A stretch of DNA of 64,000 nt from positions 41,409-105,408 of the forward strand of contig JAIOPL010000015.1 in assembly GCA_021413925.1 (NCBI GenBank), written 5' to 3'. The DNA is from Verrucomicrobiota bacterium (GTDB lineage: Bacteria > Verrucomicrobiota > Verrucomicrobiia > Chthoniobacterales > UBA6821). The notes below the pieces were generated by a model. The model saw only the letters and a list, made by a program, of their open reading frames with translations, did no database searches and had not been told where the DNA came from. Made by a program: the position numbers and the translations under genes. Shown here piece by piece: positions 46,900 through 55,833 of this stretch; the first letter of the stretch is position 1; every line of letters starts with the position of its first letter.

Positions 46900-47550
46900 C
46901 TAGTTAGTAAGGCGCTTTTGCCGGGCAACTGCCCTCTTTAGAAAGTCCGTGTCGGCCAAGGGGATGGTGGTCGTGAGGTCATTCATCCGGACCTCCACGC
47001 TCTGATGATCCTCGGAGAGGTGAGCTGGGAGGATGGTACCGGCAGAGACTGTACTTCGCACAGTACCTCCTGAAACGGAACCCGTGAACTCGACCGGCTT
47101 GAGCAATCTCACTTTCTTGGGCCAATAAGGGCTCTCAGGGAAGGGCAGAGGAGTCGCAGTAGGTGCCGGGGTAGGCTGGGGCGTGGGTGTGGCCGAGGCC
47201 TGCGGGGTTGCCGTTGGCTTTGCCGCGGGTTTCTTATCGGCGGGTGACTCTTTACCGCTGTTTACGCACATGCTGATGCCACCCAGAACGAGTAACAGCA
47301 CGATGATCTGCCCAAGGCATCCGGCACATCCTGAGCTTTCTGTTGTTGAAGGAGAGGAGGAGTGACCTGAGGTCTCGGTGTAGGAAAGACCAGTGCCAGG
47401 AATTCCCACGGTGGTGCGACTGCCTCTGGGACCACCTACCGTGTAGTGGGCACCTTTGCCTCCAAAGCTGAGTGACGAGCTCTTCTTGCCAATGTTCCAA
47501 AGAACCCCGGGGAAGAGCTTGATGCTGCGGCGGAAGCGGAAGAAACCCAT
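46900..47550 (-). CDS. DUF4236 domain membrane protein
   Basis: MGFFRFRRSIKLFPGVLWNIGKKSSSLSFGGKGAHYTVGGPRGSRTTVGIPGTGLSYT is the DUF4236 signature. A TM helix and a Pro/Thr-rich linker follow. Confidence 0.72.
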   Translation of the reverse strand: MGFFRFRRSIKLFPGVLWNIGKKSSSLSFGGKGAHYTVGGPRGSRTTVGIPGTGLSYTETSGHSSSPSTTESSGCAGCLGQIIVLLLVLGGISMCVNSGKESPADKKPAAKPTATPQASATPTPQPTPAPTATPLPFPESPYWPKKVRLLKPVEFTGSVSGGTVRSTVSAGTILPAHLSEDHQSVEVRMNDLTTTIPLADTDFLKRAVARQKRLTN

Positions 47551-47746
47551 GGGAGGTCAACAAGATGTATCACGCCGCATGATGTGATCAATGGTCTGGG
47601 CGGAGGTATTCATTACGGCAGAGTACCAGGTAGACCCGACACAGAGTGTCCTAGGCACAGAAAATATTCTTTCTGTTTCTAAAATCTACCGGGGGTAGAA
47701 AACCCCCGTTGGGGGAGCCTTTTTGAGAAAAAGGGGCCAAGTGCAA

Positions 47747-47770
47747 GTTGCTCCCGATCGGGAGCACCAG
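47747..47770. promoter_or_regulatory. Palindromic 24-nt motif, copy 1 (gttGCTCCCgatcGGGAGCaccag)
   Basis: Perfect inverted repeat TGCTCCC/GGGAGCA, ~130 nt upstream of the XRE-family gene. Confidence 0.6.
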
Positions 47771-47899
47771 ATCCAATAGGAAATGCATTATCTGGGGGGT
47801 GAAGGAAAGAAGGACCTTCCAGATCAGCTATCAAGTTAAAGGCCTCAGCGCGGATTCAAAAAAGCGTGAAAGCCTCGGGGTGGCGTTTGCTGACGCCCC

Positions 47900-48193
47900 A
47901 TGAATGCACTCAATATCATAGGTCCTAAAGTAAGTTGGCATCGCAACCGCATTGGCTGGTCCCAGGACATGCTGGCGGCAAAGTTACAAATCCTCGGGAT
48001 GGAGAAGGTCAGCCGGGCAAAGGTCTCCAAGATCGAGGCGCAGATCATCTGGGTCTCGGATTCCGATATCTACTACCTGGCGGAGGTTCTCAATGTCGGC
48101 CTGCACGACCTCTTTCCCGAGGCTCTTAGCGACCCGAAGGTACTCGCGAACAACATGCGGGAACTGAGGAAGCGACGTGTCTTTAAAAAATGA
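47900..48193 (+). CDS. XRE-family helix-turn-helix transcriptional regulator
   Basis: IGWSQDMLAAKLQILGMEKVSRAKVSKIEAQ is a typical HTH_3 pattern. 97 aa. Confidence 0.78.
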   Translation: MNALNIIGPKVSWHRNRIGWSQDMLAAKLQILGMEKVSRAKVSKIEAQIIWVSDSDIYYLAEVLNVGLHDLFPEALSDPKVLANNMRELRKRRVFKK

Positions 48194-48205
48194 GGATTTT
48201 GAAAT

Positions 48206-48229
48206 GTTGCTCCCAACCGGGAGCACCAA
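48206..48229. promoter_or_regulatory. Palindromic 24-nt motif, copy 2 (gttGCTCCCaaccGGGAGCaccaa)
   Basis: Lies between the XRE gene stop and the pilin-like gene. The first 23 nt are identical to copy 3. Confidence 0.6.
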
Positions 48230-48260
48230 ACGCATTTTTCCCGTCTATGGTGCCGCTCCT

Positions 48261-48512
48261 ATGCACCACTTCATCCTCGCTCAATCCACATCACTCGACG
48301 GCGCTTTATCCCAAGGACTAGGGATCATTGCAAAGTTCCTCTACATCATCGCAGTCATTGTCATCGCCCATGGCGGATGGCAGGTCCGCAGTGGCAATGC
48401 CGACATGGGCAAGATGTCGATTGTGGGAGGACTTCTCCTTGGTCTCTCGGTCCTGATCGCCCAGGCGCTATTCAATGCGGGCGGCATGCCCACCATCAGC
48501 GTGGGACAATGA
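48261..48512 (+). CDS. VirB2/TrbC-like pilin candidate
   Basis: ATG at 48261. 83 aa with two hydrophobic helices (GLGIIAKFLYIIAVIVIA; IVGGLLLGLSVLIAQALF). Position is directly upstream of the VirB3/VirB4-like genes. Confidence 0.5.
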   Translation: MHHFILAQSTSLDGALSQGLGIIAKFLYIIAVIVIAHGGWQVRSGNADMGKMSIVGGLLLGLSVLIAQALFNAGGMPTISVGQ

Positions 48513-48838
48513 GCCGGGGCGTGATTCCCACCCATGCGGGTGATGACAGCGACGGGAAAATCTGGGGTGTCGAAGGGATCAACATCCTCTTCCTGCTCGG
48601 AAGCGGGATGATCGGCCTCGGGCTCGCGCTGATGCTCTCGCACAGTCATGACCCGGCAAGCTGCGTAGTGATCGGAGCCATGCCGTTTGCGGTAACGGCT
48701 CTCTACATCTTCACCCTCCGTCAGGGGAAGCCGAAGTCCTTCGACACGGACCTGCTCGAAAGCCTCCTCTGCGGGAGCGGATGGACGGCCCCGCGTAAGC
48801 AACACCGCAACCCCCTCCATACCCATGCAGGCTCCTAA
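48509..48838 (+). CDS. VirB3/TrbD-like small membrane protein
   Basis: ATGA overlap with the pilin-like gene. Two TM helices. Overlaps the start of the VirB4-like gene. Confidence 0.5.
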   Translation: MSRGVIPTHAGDDSDGKIWGVEGINILFLLGSGMIGLGLALMLSHSHDPASCVVIGAMPFAVTALYIFTLRQGKPKSFDTDLLESLLCGSGWTAPRKQHRNPLHTHAGS

Positions 48839-51527
48839 CGGCTGGATCTCCCACGATCTGCTGATCTGGAACGAACTCGATAGCCGTGGAGCCGTCTCCA
48901 AGGGGTATGTAATCGACGCACCAGATCTGCGGCACGCAAGCGAACATACGCTCGATGGCTTCTACGAGTCTGTTCGGCAGTTCCTTCATTCGCTCGATGA
49001 ATCAACCAGATGCCAAATCCGATGGTCGGTCGATTCCGATTACCGAGATGAGCTGATCGCCTACAAGGAAGTGACCGACGAGCGGTGTGATCCTGCGTCT
49101 TGGTCAGCAATCACACGCAACGAGCGCTTCAATCGCTACTGGAAGGCAATGCAGTCCGGGGGACTGCGCCGAGAAAAGCTCCTGCTCTTCTTATCCAAGA
49201 AGATCGATGCCGATCCTCCATCGTCCCCTTCCAGGAAGGGCCTGGAGGAGCACTACAACCGACTCCTCTTCCAATATAACGAGGCCTTCTCCCAGCACGG
49301 GAGGGTGATTGCCTCTCTCTTTGATGGGCATGGCTGCCGGGTGACAGCGATGGGGACGGAGGATCTCTATCGGCATTACGCGACCTTCTTCAATCCCTCC
49401 TACCTACGCCGGGATGGCTATGATCCGATCGGGCAGTTCCGTGAGGAGGAAACCATCCACCAGAACTGCTGGCACCAAGGGGTACAGGCTGGGAAGAACT
49501 TCGGGTTCTACTCGGATGGCTTCTACCACAATCTTGTAATCCTCAAACGCCGTCCGCAGAAGACGAGGAGGGGCATCTTTTGGGCACTGACCTCGCTTCC
49601 TTTCCTCGACTACGCGATCACGGTCAATCTTTACCCCCAGAACGTCCGCAGGGAGATCGACAAAGCGGAGAAGTCGCTTGAACGGGTACGAGGGGACTAC
49701 GCGGCGGAGGGAAAACATTCGCTTTTAACTTCCAAGGGAGTGAAGGAGGAGCGCATCCGCAACCTCGCCCAAGGCGATACGGTTCCCTTCCTCTATGATT
49801 ACGTGGTTCATGTATGGGACGCGACCGAGGAGGGTCTCGTCTCCAAGACACGGCAAATCGAAACCGCCTTCGGCCAGATGGAGGATGCCCAATGTTGGAC
49901 GAGCAATCTCTCCTCGGCGGCAACGACAAAGAACATCTGGTATCAAACGTGGCCGGGATGGCTCTGGGGGAAATACACCCACCATGCTGACAGCGGCCTC
50001 GATGAATGGCTGGCTGACCTACTTCCTTTCTCCTCCACCTTCACAGGGCATCTGGAGGGAGCGGAGGCACTTTACGACGGCTCCAATCGGAACCTTGTGG
50101 GGGTAAGGAACTTTGTTTCAGGAACGCCGCAACTTGCGGTTCTGCTTGGGATGACGAGGGCCGGGAAGTCGGCCTTCATGTGCGATCTGTTATCGCAGAC
50201 GGATCCCTACTACGACTTCACACTGATCGTGGAGGAGGGCCTCTCTTACGGGATCTGGACTCAGGCCCAAGGTTTGGGGAGTACCCCGATCATCATTCAG
50301 CCCGATGGGGATCTCTGCCTGAATTACCTCGATACCCAGGGAGCCCCGCTAACCAATCTACAGATCACGACCGCTGCGGCACTGGTGGCCAAGATGGCAG
50401 GCAATCCAGCCGATGAAGATCGTAGGAACCTGCGACTTGCTCAGATCACCCAGTACATCGAGCAGCTCTACACGGATCGCTTCGAGGAGTGGATCTCTGA
50501 GGATGGTACCCGGCTCGACATGGTGGCCCGCCATGCCATGGCGGTCCTGGAGTACAAATCCCGCCACATGCCGCTCTCGGCTACTTTTCTAGAGGCCTGG
50601 ACGGAACTGAAGCACACGGCGACCGATGAAGAACGGCAGGACCTTCTAGTGGCGCCCAAGGGGGAGGATGTGTCGCGCTTCATTAAGTCGCATGACATGG
50701 AGCGCCATGTCCGCAACACGGCATTCGCGTTCTTCGGGCCTACGGACTACCCAACCCATGACATGCTCCAGCAGATGATGCTGGTGGCTCCCTTTGCGGA
50801 GCATAATCGGGATGAGATCAATCATCTGGCGACACTCCTCGCACCTTGGAACGAGCAACGGCTGCTCTGCGGTCACTCGACGCTCTCCATGACCGGACGG
50901 GTGGCTCACTTCGATCTGACCTACATCCCTGAGTCTAACAAGCAGCTCAAGGAGTTGGCGGGGTTCCTCATCGCCAACTACGGACGCCAACACATCATCA
51001 CGCTCCCCCGAGGAGCTCGTAAGCGGGTGATCTTCGAGGAGGTGGCAAGAACCTTGGACGTGCCGGGTGGTGAGCAGCTAGTGAGCGAGTTCTATGCCCA
51101 GCTCTCGAAGTTCTCCACATGGATCATCTCGATTGTCCAGCAGTACAGCCGCTTCCAGAACTCGGGGATCCGTCCGATCGTCTTCGGTAACGCCAAGCAG
51201 TTCTTCTTCACCCGCATGAATGATCGCAGGGACATCGAGGATGTCGCACGGGATATCGACCTCTCGGATGCGACCAAGGAAGCGGTCTCCCGCTATCCGC
51301 TGCCGGAGCATTTGCCGGAGCACAACAAGTACGCAGCTCTCACCTACTACCACCTCGATGTGCAACAGGCGCGGTGCGGAACGATCCACAACCGGGTCTC
51401 TCCCGAGATGCTCTTCTGCTCCTCCTCAACGGGACAGGACTTTGATGAGCGCAGCAGAAAGCTCCGCAGTCACGACGACATCGTGGCTGGCATCCTCCAA
51501 GAAACCACCCAACCCCAACACAAATGA
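48825..51527 (+). CDS. virB4: VirB4/TrbE/TraC-family type IV secretion ATPase
   Basis: 900 aa. Walker A is GMTRAGKS. The Walker B-like region is KRVIFEEVARTL. Size and operon position fit the family. Confidence 0.88.
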   Translation: MQAPNGWISHDLLIWNELDSRGAVSKGYVIDAPDLRHASEHTLDGFYESVRQFLHSLDESTRCQIRWSVDSDYRDELIAYKEVTDERCDPASWSAITRNERFNRYWKAMQSGGLRREKLLLFLSKKIDADPPSSPSRKGLEEHYNRLLFQYNEAFSQHGRVIASLFDGHGCRVTAMGTEDLYRHYATFFNPSYLRRDGYDPIGQFREEETIHQNCWHQGVQAGKNFGFYSDGFYHNLVILKRRPQKTRRGIFWALTSLPFLDYAITVNLYPQNVRREIDKAEKSLERVRGDYAAEGKHSLLTSKGVKEERIRNLAQGDTVPFLYDYVVHVWDATEEGLVSKTRQIETAFGQMEDAQCWTSNLSSAATTKNIWYQTWPGWLWGKYTHHADSGLDEWLADLLPFSSTFTGHLEGAEALYDGSNRNLVGVRNFVSGTPQLAVLLGMTRAGKSAFMCDLLSQTDPYYDFTLIVEEGLSYGIWTQAQGLGSTPIIIQPDGDLCLNYLDTQGAPLTNLQITTAAALVAKMAGNPADEDRRNLRLAQITQYIEQLYTDRFEEWISEDGTRLDMVARHAMAVLEYKSRHMPLSATFLEAWTELKHTATDEERQDLLVAPKGEDVSRFIKSHDMERHVRNTAFAFFGPTDYPTHDMLQQMMLVAPFAEHNRDEINHLATLLAPWNEQRLLCGHSTLSMTGRVAHFDLTYIPESNKQLKELAGFLIANYGRQHIITLPRGARKRVIFEEVARTLDVPGGEQLVSEFYAQLSKFSTWIISIVQQYSRFQNSGIRPIVFGNAKQFFFTRMNDRRDIEDVARDIDLSDATKEAVSRYPLPEHLPEHNKYAALTYYHLDVQQARCGTIHNRVSPEMLFCSSSTGQDFDERSRKLRSHDDIVAGILQETTQPQHK

Positions 51528-51775
51528 AACAACCAATCCTTCTGATCGGCCTCTGTGCCCTTGCGGGCTGTGCCAGTCGATCCCAATTCCAGAAAGGCTA
51601 CGAGAAAGGAGCCGCCGATGCGGTGAAACGCCAGTACTGGATCGAGCAGAGCCTGCAAAAGCCTGGGAAGAACCCGGAGCGCCATCTCTCGGTTTACAAG
51701 CTGACTGTCCCTCCCGATCCCGATGCCAAGGTGAAGATAGTCCCCTATGAGATCGCGATTCCGATCTGCAACTAG
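51524..51775 (+). CDS. Small lipoprotein (VirB7-like position)
   Basis: Lipobox LAGC within MKQPILLIGLCALAGCAS. Confidence 0.55.
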   Translation: MKQPILLIGLCALAGCASRSQFQKGYEKGAADAVKRQYWIEQSLQKPGKNPERHLSVYKLTVPPDPDAKVKIVPYEIAIPICN

Positions 51776-51777
51776 CC

Positions 51778-52638
51778 ATGAAAAAGAAGTACCTACTCCT
51801 TCTATCCCTGTTGGTAACTCTGCCCGCCAATGCGCAATGGGTTGTGAGCGATCCCGTGGTCGAACAAGCGACCGTGGCGAAGAACGCCTTCGACCAGTTG
51901 AAGTATGCCTGGGAGCAGACACAATGGGCTCAGCAGCTTTCGAGCCTTGCCCAGACGCTCGACACAGTGAAGAGCCAACTGGAGGTGGCCCAGCAGGTGA
52001 AGCAGGCCATCGGTAATCCGGCGGCGATTTCGGGTATGATCCAGAGCGGGCTTTTCTCGTCGTATTTGAGGAACTCGGGGATCACCGACACGCTGAGCGA
52101 CCTCTCCAAAATCACCCAGCAGGGAGCCAAGCAGTCGGTGGCGATTCAGCAGATGTACCGGCCGATCGATATGAATGCCTACAAGCGGATCGAGACGCCG
52201 TTTGAGGGGACGGCCTCCTTCCGAGATGAGGGAGATCCCCTCAAGCAGTTCCGGGCGGTGGAGAACGCTTACGCCAACTTCCAGGACATGCTGAAGCAGG
52301 CGCAGGGAAAGAGGAAGGAACTCAACATCAAGATCGCGGCGCTGAACGATCAGCTCAAGAACGCGCAAGACGATGCCGAGGTGCAGAAACTTCAGGGATC
52401 GCTTACCACGGCCCAGACCTCGCTGAAGGATCTCGACGGGATCATGGATGGTGCAGAGCACCAGGTGAAGTTGCTCCACATGCTCAATGAGAACCGGGCA
52501 GCTACCGAGGCGATCGCTGCCGAGGAAATCAGTCGGGCACGCAACCGGGAGAGTGCCCAGATGGGCGCCGATGCGGAATCGTCTGCCACCAAGTCTGGCT
52601 CCCAGGGCAACGAGGGCTCTTTGCCTCCGGGATTTTGA
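51778..52638 (+). CDS. TrbJ/VirB5-like exported coiled-coil protein
   Basis: Signal peptide MKKKYLLLLSLLVTLPANA. Gln-rich helical sequence. Position between the VirB4-like and VirB6-like genes. Confidence 0.55.
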   Translation: MKKKYLLLLSLLVTLPANAQWVVSDPVVEQATVAKNAFDQLKYAWEQTQWAQQLSSLAQTLDTVKSQLEVAQQVKQAIGNPAAISGMIQSGLFSSYLRNSGITDTLSDLSKITQQGAKQSVAIQQMYRPIDMNAYKRIETPFEGTASFRDEGDPLKQFRAVENAYANFQDMLKQAQGKRKELNIKIAALNDQLKNAQDDAEVQKLQGSLTTAQTSLKDLDGIMDGAEHQVKLLHMLNENRAATEAIAAEEISRARNRESAQMGADAESSATKSGSQGNEGSLPPGF

Positions 52639-52641
52639 TCC

Positions 52642-53853
52642 ATGATGCCGGCCCTCTCCAATCTGTTCGATTCGGCCAATCAGATCCGGATGCTGATGAT
52701 GCCTTTTGCCTTCGTGCTCTGCATCTTGGGGATCGGGGAAATGGGCTTGAAGGCTGGATCGGATCCCAGAGCCCTCCTCGGAACGATCCTTAAGGTGACG
52801 ATCATCGTAGCCCTAATCGCTGGGTATCCGACGATCATGAACAAAGGGATGGAAGCTTTTCAGGACATGCGTCAGAAGTTCACGAATGCGCAGGATGCCA
52901 AGTTCATCCAGTTGCTGACTTCGAGGATTCAGAACCAGCCGTCCGATTCGTGGACGGATCTTGGGAAGATCGTCCCGGCGGCGGTCGGGTACTTCTTTCA
53001 GGGTATCGGGCGCTTCATGATGGTGGTGCTCAACTTTTTTCAGCAGTTCGCGATCGCCGGGATGATTGCTATCTCACCGCTTCTGCTGGGGTTCCTCTTC
53101 TTCTCACCGACTCAATCGTTCGGGGTTCACTTCGGGGTGACCTCCTTCACTGTGATGCTCTGGTATCTAGGGATTTGCCTGGTCGACATCGTGATTGTCG
53201 CGATCAGCGACACCCTTTTCATCCCGATCACCTCGGGAGGGATCGTCCAAGTGGCTCAGAACGCGATCGTGGTTCAGAACTGGCTCCTCTTCCCGTTCAT
53301 CATGGCCTTTGCCTCGATCATCACGGTCTTCTTCTATCTCTCGGTGCCCTTTGTGGCGGGGGCGATCATGAAGGGAGCCAGTGGCACGACCTCGGCCCTG
53401 ACTGCCGGTATCAGCAATACGCTCCAAGCAGCCGGACTGGCGGCTGGAGCAGGAGCCTCCGTTGCAGGAGCTGCAGCTACCTTCGGAGGATCGGCGGCGG
53501 CACAGGCAGCAGTTGCCTCTGGAAAAGCTGCGGCAGGTGCCGCAAATGCCTCTTCCCGTATCGCCAATGACCTTGGAGGAGGTGCTGCGGAAAGCGCAGG
53601 AGGGAGTGTCCCAGCTCCGCCGGAATCAGAAAGCAGTGGAGGCATGGTCTTTAACCCTGCAAATCCGTCCATGGTGGCCCAGCAGACTTCTCCAGAGTCT
53701 TTCTCCGTAACCGATCAGTCCAAGGGGACGGTTTCCAATCATAAGGGGAGCCTTTCGACCCCTCAGGCTGCCCAAGCGGCATTCAACTCCCATGCCTCGA
53801 AGGCAAAACCCTCTTCGTCCCCTTCTTCCAAACCCGACAACACCAACCCATGA
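52642..53853 (+). CDS. TrbL/VirB6-like polytopic membrane protein
   Basis: At least five hydrophobic helices, followed by an Ala/Gly-rich tail. Operon position fits. Confidence 0.65.
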   Translation: MMPALSNLFDSANQIRMLMMPFAFVLCILGIGEMGLKAGSDPRALLGTILKVTIIVALIAGYPTIMNKGMEAFQDMRQKFTNAQDAKFIQLLTSRIQNQPSDSWTDLGKIVPAAVGYFFQGIGRFMMVVLNFFQQFAIAGMIAISPLLLGFLFFSPTQSFGVHFGVTSFTVMLWYLGICLVDIVIVAISDTLFIPITSGGIVQVAQNAIVVQNWLLFPFIMAFASIITVFFYLSVPFVAGAIMKGASGTTSALTAGISNTLQAAGLAAGAGASVAGAAATFGGSAAAQAAVASGKAAAGAANASSRIANDLGGGAAESAGGSVPAPPESESSGGMVFNPANPSMVAQQTSPESFSVTDQSKGTVSNHKGSLSTPQAAQAAFNSHASKAKPSSSPSSKPDNTNP

Positions 53854-54482
53854 AGCTCACCGCTGTCACCTCCATCACCAACAACATCGTCGCCGCCAGA
53901 TTCTGGATGGCGATTGCCCTCATCTGTGCGGCTCTGGCCGTCACCTCTCCCTACTTGACCATCAAGGCCATGAAACAGAAGGAGAAGGTCGTCATCCTCG
54001 ATCAGGGAGGTACCCTGATCTATTCGCCGCTCTTGGGTTTTGAAGAAGCGGGGGAGCTTCATGCTTACCATGTTCGGCTAGCTTGTCTGGCGCTACTACA
54101 GCGCAATCCGATCGGGCCCGATCTGCCCGACCTGCTCAAGCGGATGTATCTGGAAGACCCCGCTCGCAAGAAAGCGATCGCCCTCTACAAAAAGCAGAAC
54201 CCTGAATTTAAGGAGAAGGAGATCCACCAGAAGGTGGAGGTTTCCAAGCTCGATATCCTGGACACCCGCAAAATGAAGGATGGGTCCGGAGCCTCCTATG
54301 AGGCAGTTGATGTTGAGGCCGAGGGAAACCTCGTCCGAACTGGGACGGTCAACAAGATCGAGTTCCGCGAGGTGGCAAAGTTCAAGATCACCTTCTTCTT
54401 CGTCCGTAACCCCGACCTCATGGGAAACGGGCGTCTACCCCTCGTCGTTCAAGACTTCAAGTACGAGGAGCACCCTCTGTAG
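53850..54482 (+). CDS. VirB8/TrbF-like bitopic membrane protein
   Basis: Single N-terminal TM helix FWMAIALICAALAVTSPYL, plus a ~170-aa periplasmic domain. ATGA overlap with the upstream gene. Confidence 0.5.
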   Translation: MKLTAVTSITNNIVAARFWMAIALICAALAVTSPYLTIKAMKQKEKVVILDQGGTLIYSPLLGFEEAGELHAYHVRLACLALLQRNPIGPDLPDLLKRMYLEDPARKKAIALYKKQNPEFKEKEIHQKVEVSKLDILDTRKMKDGSGASYEAVDVEAEGNLVRTGTVNKIEFREVAKFKITFFFVRNPDLMGNGRLPLVVQDFKYEEHPL

Positions 54483-54488
54483 GAAGGT

Positions 54489-54569
54489 TTGCGGAGAAAA
54501 GCAGGGTTATTTACCGCAAAACTGCGGAGATTCTTGATTTGCGGAGATTGCGGACGATAATCTCCGCAA
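54489..54569. promoter_or_regulatory. Cluster of TTGCGG/CCGCAA half-sites including an 11-bp perfect inverted repeat, upstream of fic
   Basis: ttgcggaga (54489), ccgcaaaactgcggaga (54514..54530), and TTGCGGAGATT (54539..54549) facing AATCTCCGCAA (54559..54569). Confidence 0.6.
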
Positions 54570-54588
54570 AGATACGGCGAATATCCCC

Positions 54589-55722
54589 ATGACCTATATC
54601 CATCAGCGTAAAGAGTGGCCCGAGTTCCGATGGAACGAGGCGAGGCTGCTGCCACTTTTGGCAAAGGTCCGGCACCAGCAGGGTCGGCTGCTTGGACAAA
54701 TGGAGGGACTCGGTTTCCATCTCCGTGGTGAGGCCAACCTTGAAAGCCTGACCAGCGAGGTGATCGGGTCCAGCGCGATCGAGGGGGAAAAACTCGATGA
54801 GGAGGAGGTGCGCTCCTCGATTGCGAGACGCCTGGGGATTGTTGATGCGGGGGTGGCTCCTGTGAATCGTCACGTCGAGGGGGTTGTTGAGATGATGCTC
54901 GATGCTACTCGCAAGTTCGGCGAAGCACTCACAGCCGAGAGACTCTTTTCATGGCATGCGGCTTTATTTCCAAGCGGGCGTAGTGGGATGAGACGCATCA
55001 CCACGGGAGCATGGCGTACCGGGGAGGATGGCCCCATGCAGGTGGTCTCCGGAGCGATGGGGCGGGAAAATGTTCATTTTGAGGCCCCGGATGCAGACCT
55101 CCTTGATGAGGAGGTCTGCCGCTTCCTGGAATGGTTCGAGGGAAGCACGACGATTGATCCTGTTCTCAAGGCTGGCATTGCACATTTCTGGTTTGTGACG
55201 ATCCACCCGTTTGAAGACGGCAATGGCCGTATTGCCAGGGCCATTGCAGAGTTGGCGCTCGCAAGGGCGGACGGCGTGGCGGAGCGTTTTTACAGCATGT
55301 CCACGCAGATCGAGAAGGAGAGGAAGCAGTATTACGATTCGCTGGAAAGCAGCCAGCGCGGAACCATCGACATCACCCTGTGGTTGGAGTGGTTTCTGGA
55401 CTGTCTGGACAGAGCGCTTGAAGAGGCGCAGATAAGCCTTCGGGGAATCCTGCATAAGGCGAGGGTCTGGGAGCGCATCAACCAAGACGGCCCGGTGAAT
55501 GAACGCCAGCATGCGGTGATCAACCGTCTGCTCGACGGGTTTGAGGGAAAACTTTCCACCTCCAAGTATGCAAAGATTGCGAAGTGCTCTGCGGACACTG
55601 CGCTTCGCGACATCAACGACCTGCTGACACGAGGCCTGATGCTTCGGGAAGATGGGGCAGGGAGAAGCACCGGCTATCGTCTCGCGGAGCCAGTTGCCGA
55701 GAAGACTCGAAATGAAACGTAG
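54589..55722 (+). CDS. fic: Fic/DOC family protein (DUF4172 N-terminus, Fic core, C-terminal wHTH-like)
   Basis: Canonical Fic motif HPFEDGNGRIARA. N-terminal MTYIHQRKEWPEFRWNEARLLPLL is DUF4172-like. Confidence 0.88.
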   Translation: MTYIHQRKEWPEFRWNEARLLPLLAKVRHQQGRLLGQMEGLGFHLRGEANLESLTSEVIGSSAIEGEKLDEEEVRSSIARRLGIVDAGVAPVNRHVEGVVEMMLDATRKFGEALTAERLFSWHAALFPSGRSGMRRITTGAWRTGEDGPMQVVSGAMGRENVHFEAPDADLLDEEVCRFLEWFEGSTTIDPVLKAGIAHFWFVTIHPFEDGNGRIARAIAELALARADGVAERFYSMSTQIEKERKQYYDSLESSQRGTIDITLWLEWFLDCLDRALEEAQISLRGILHKARVWERINQDGPVNERQHAVINRLLDGFEGKLSTSKYAKIAKCSADTALRDINDLLTRGLMLREDGAGRSTGYRLAEPVAEKTRNET

Positions 55723-55780
55723 ATCGAATCGTTTCTACAGACGGTCCGCCTCAGATCAGCTCTAAGTAAAAAATCATTAA

Positions 55781-55804
55781 GTTGCTCCCAACCGGGAGCA
55801 CCAG
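55781..55804. promoter_or_regulatory. Palindromic 24-nt motif, copy 3 (gttGCTCCCaaccGGGAGCaccag)
   Basis: 30 nt upstream of the VirB9-like gene start. Confidence 0.6.
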
Positions 55805-55833
55805 AGGTGTGATTTTCTGAAAGTCTCGGGGGC

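Noticed and set aside
47747-55804. CRISPR array or REP-type repeat family
   Set aside because: There are only three copies, kilobases apart, each in a different intergenic region. There is no regular repeat-spacer periodicity and no cas genes.
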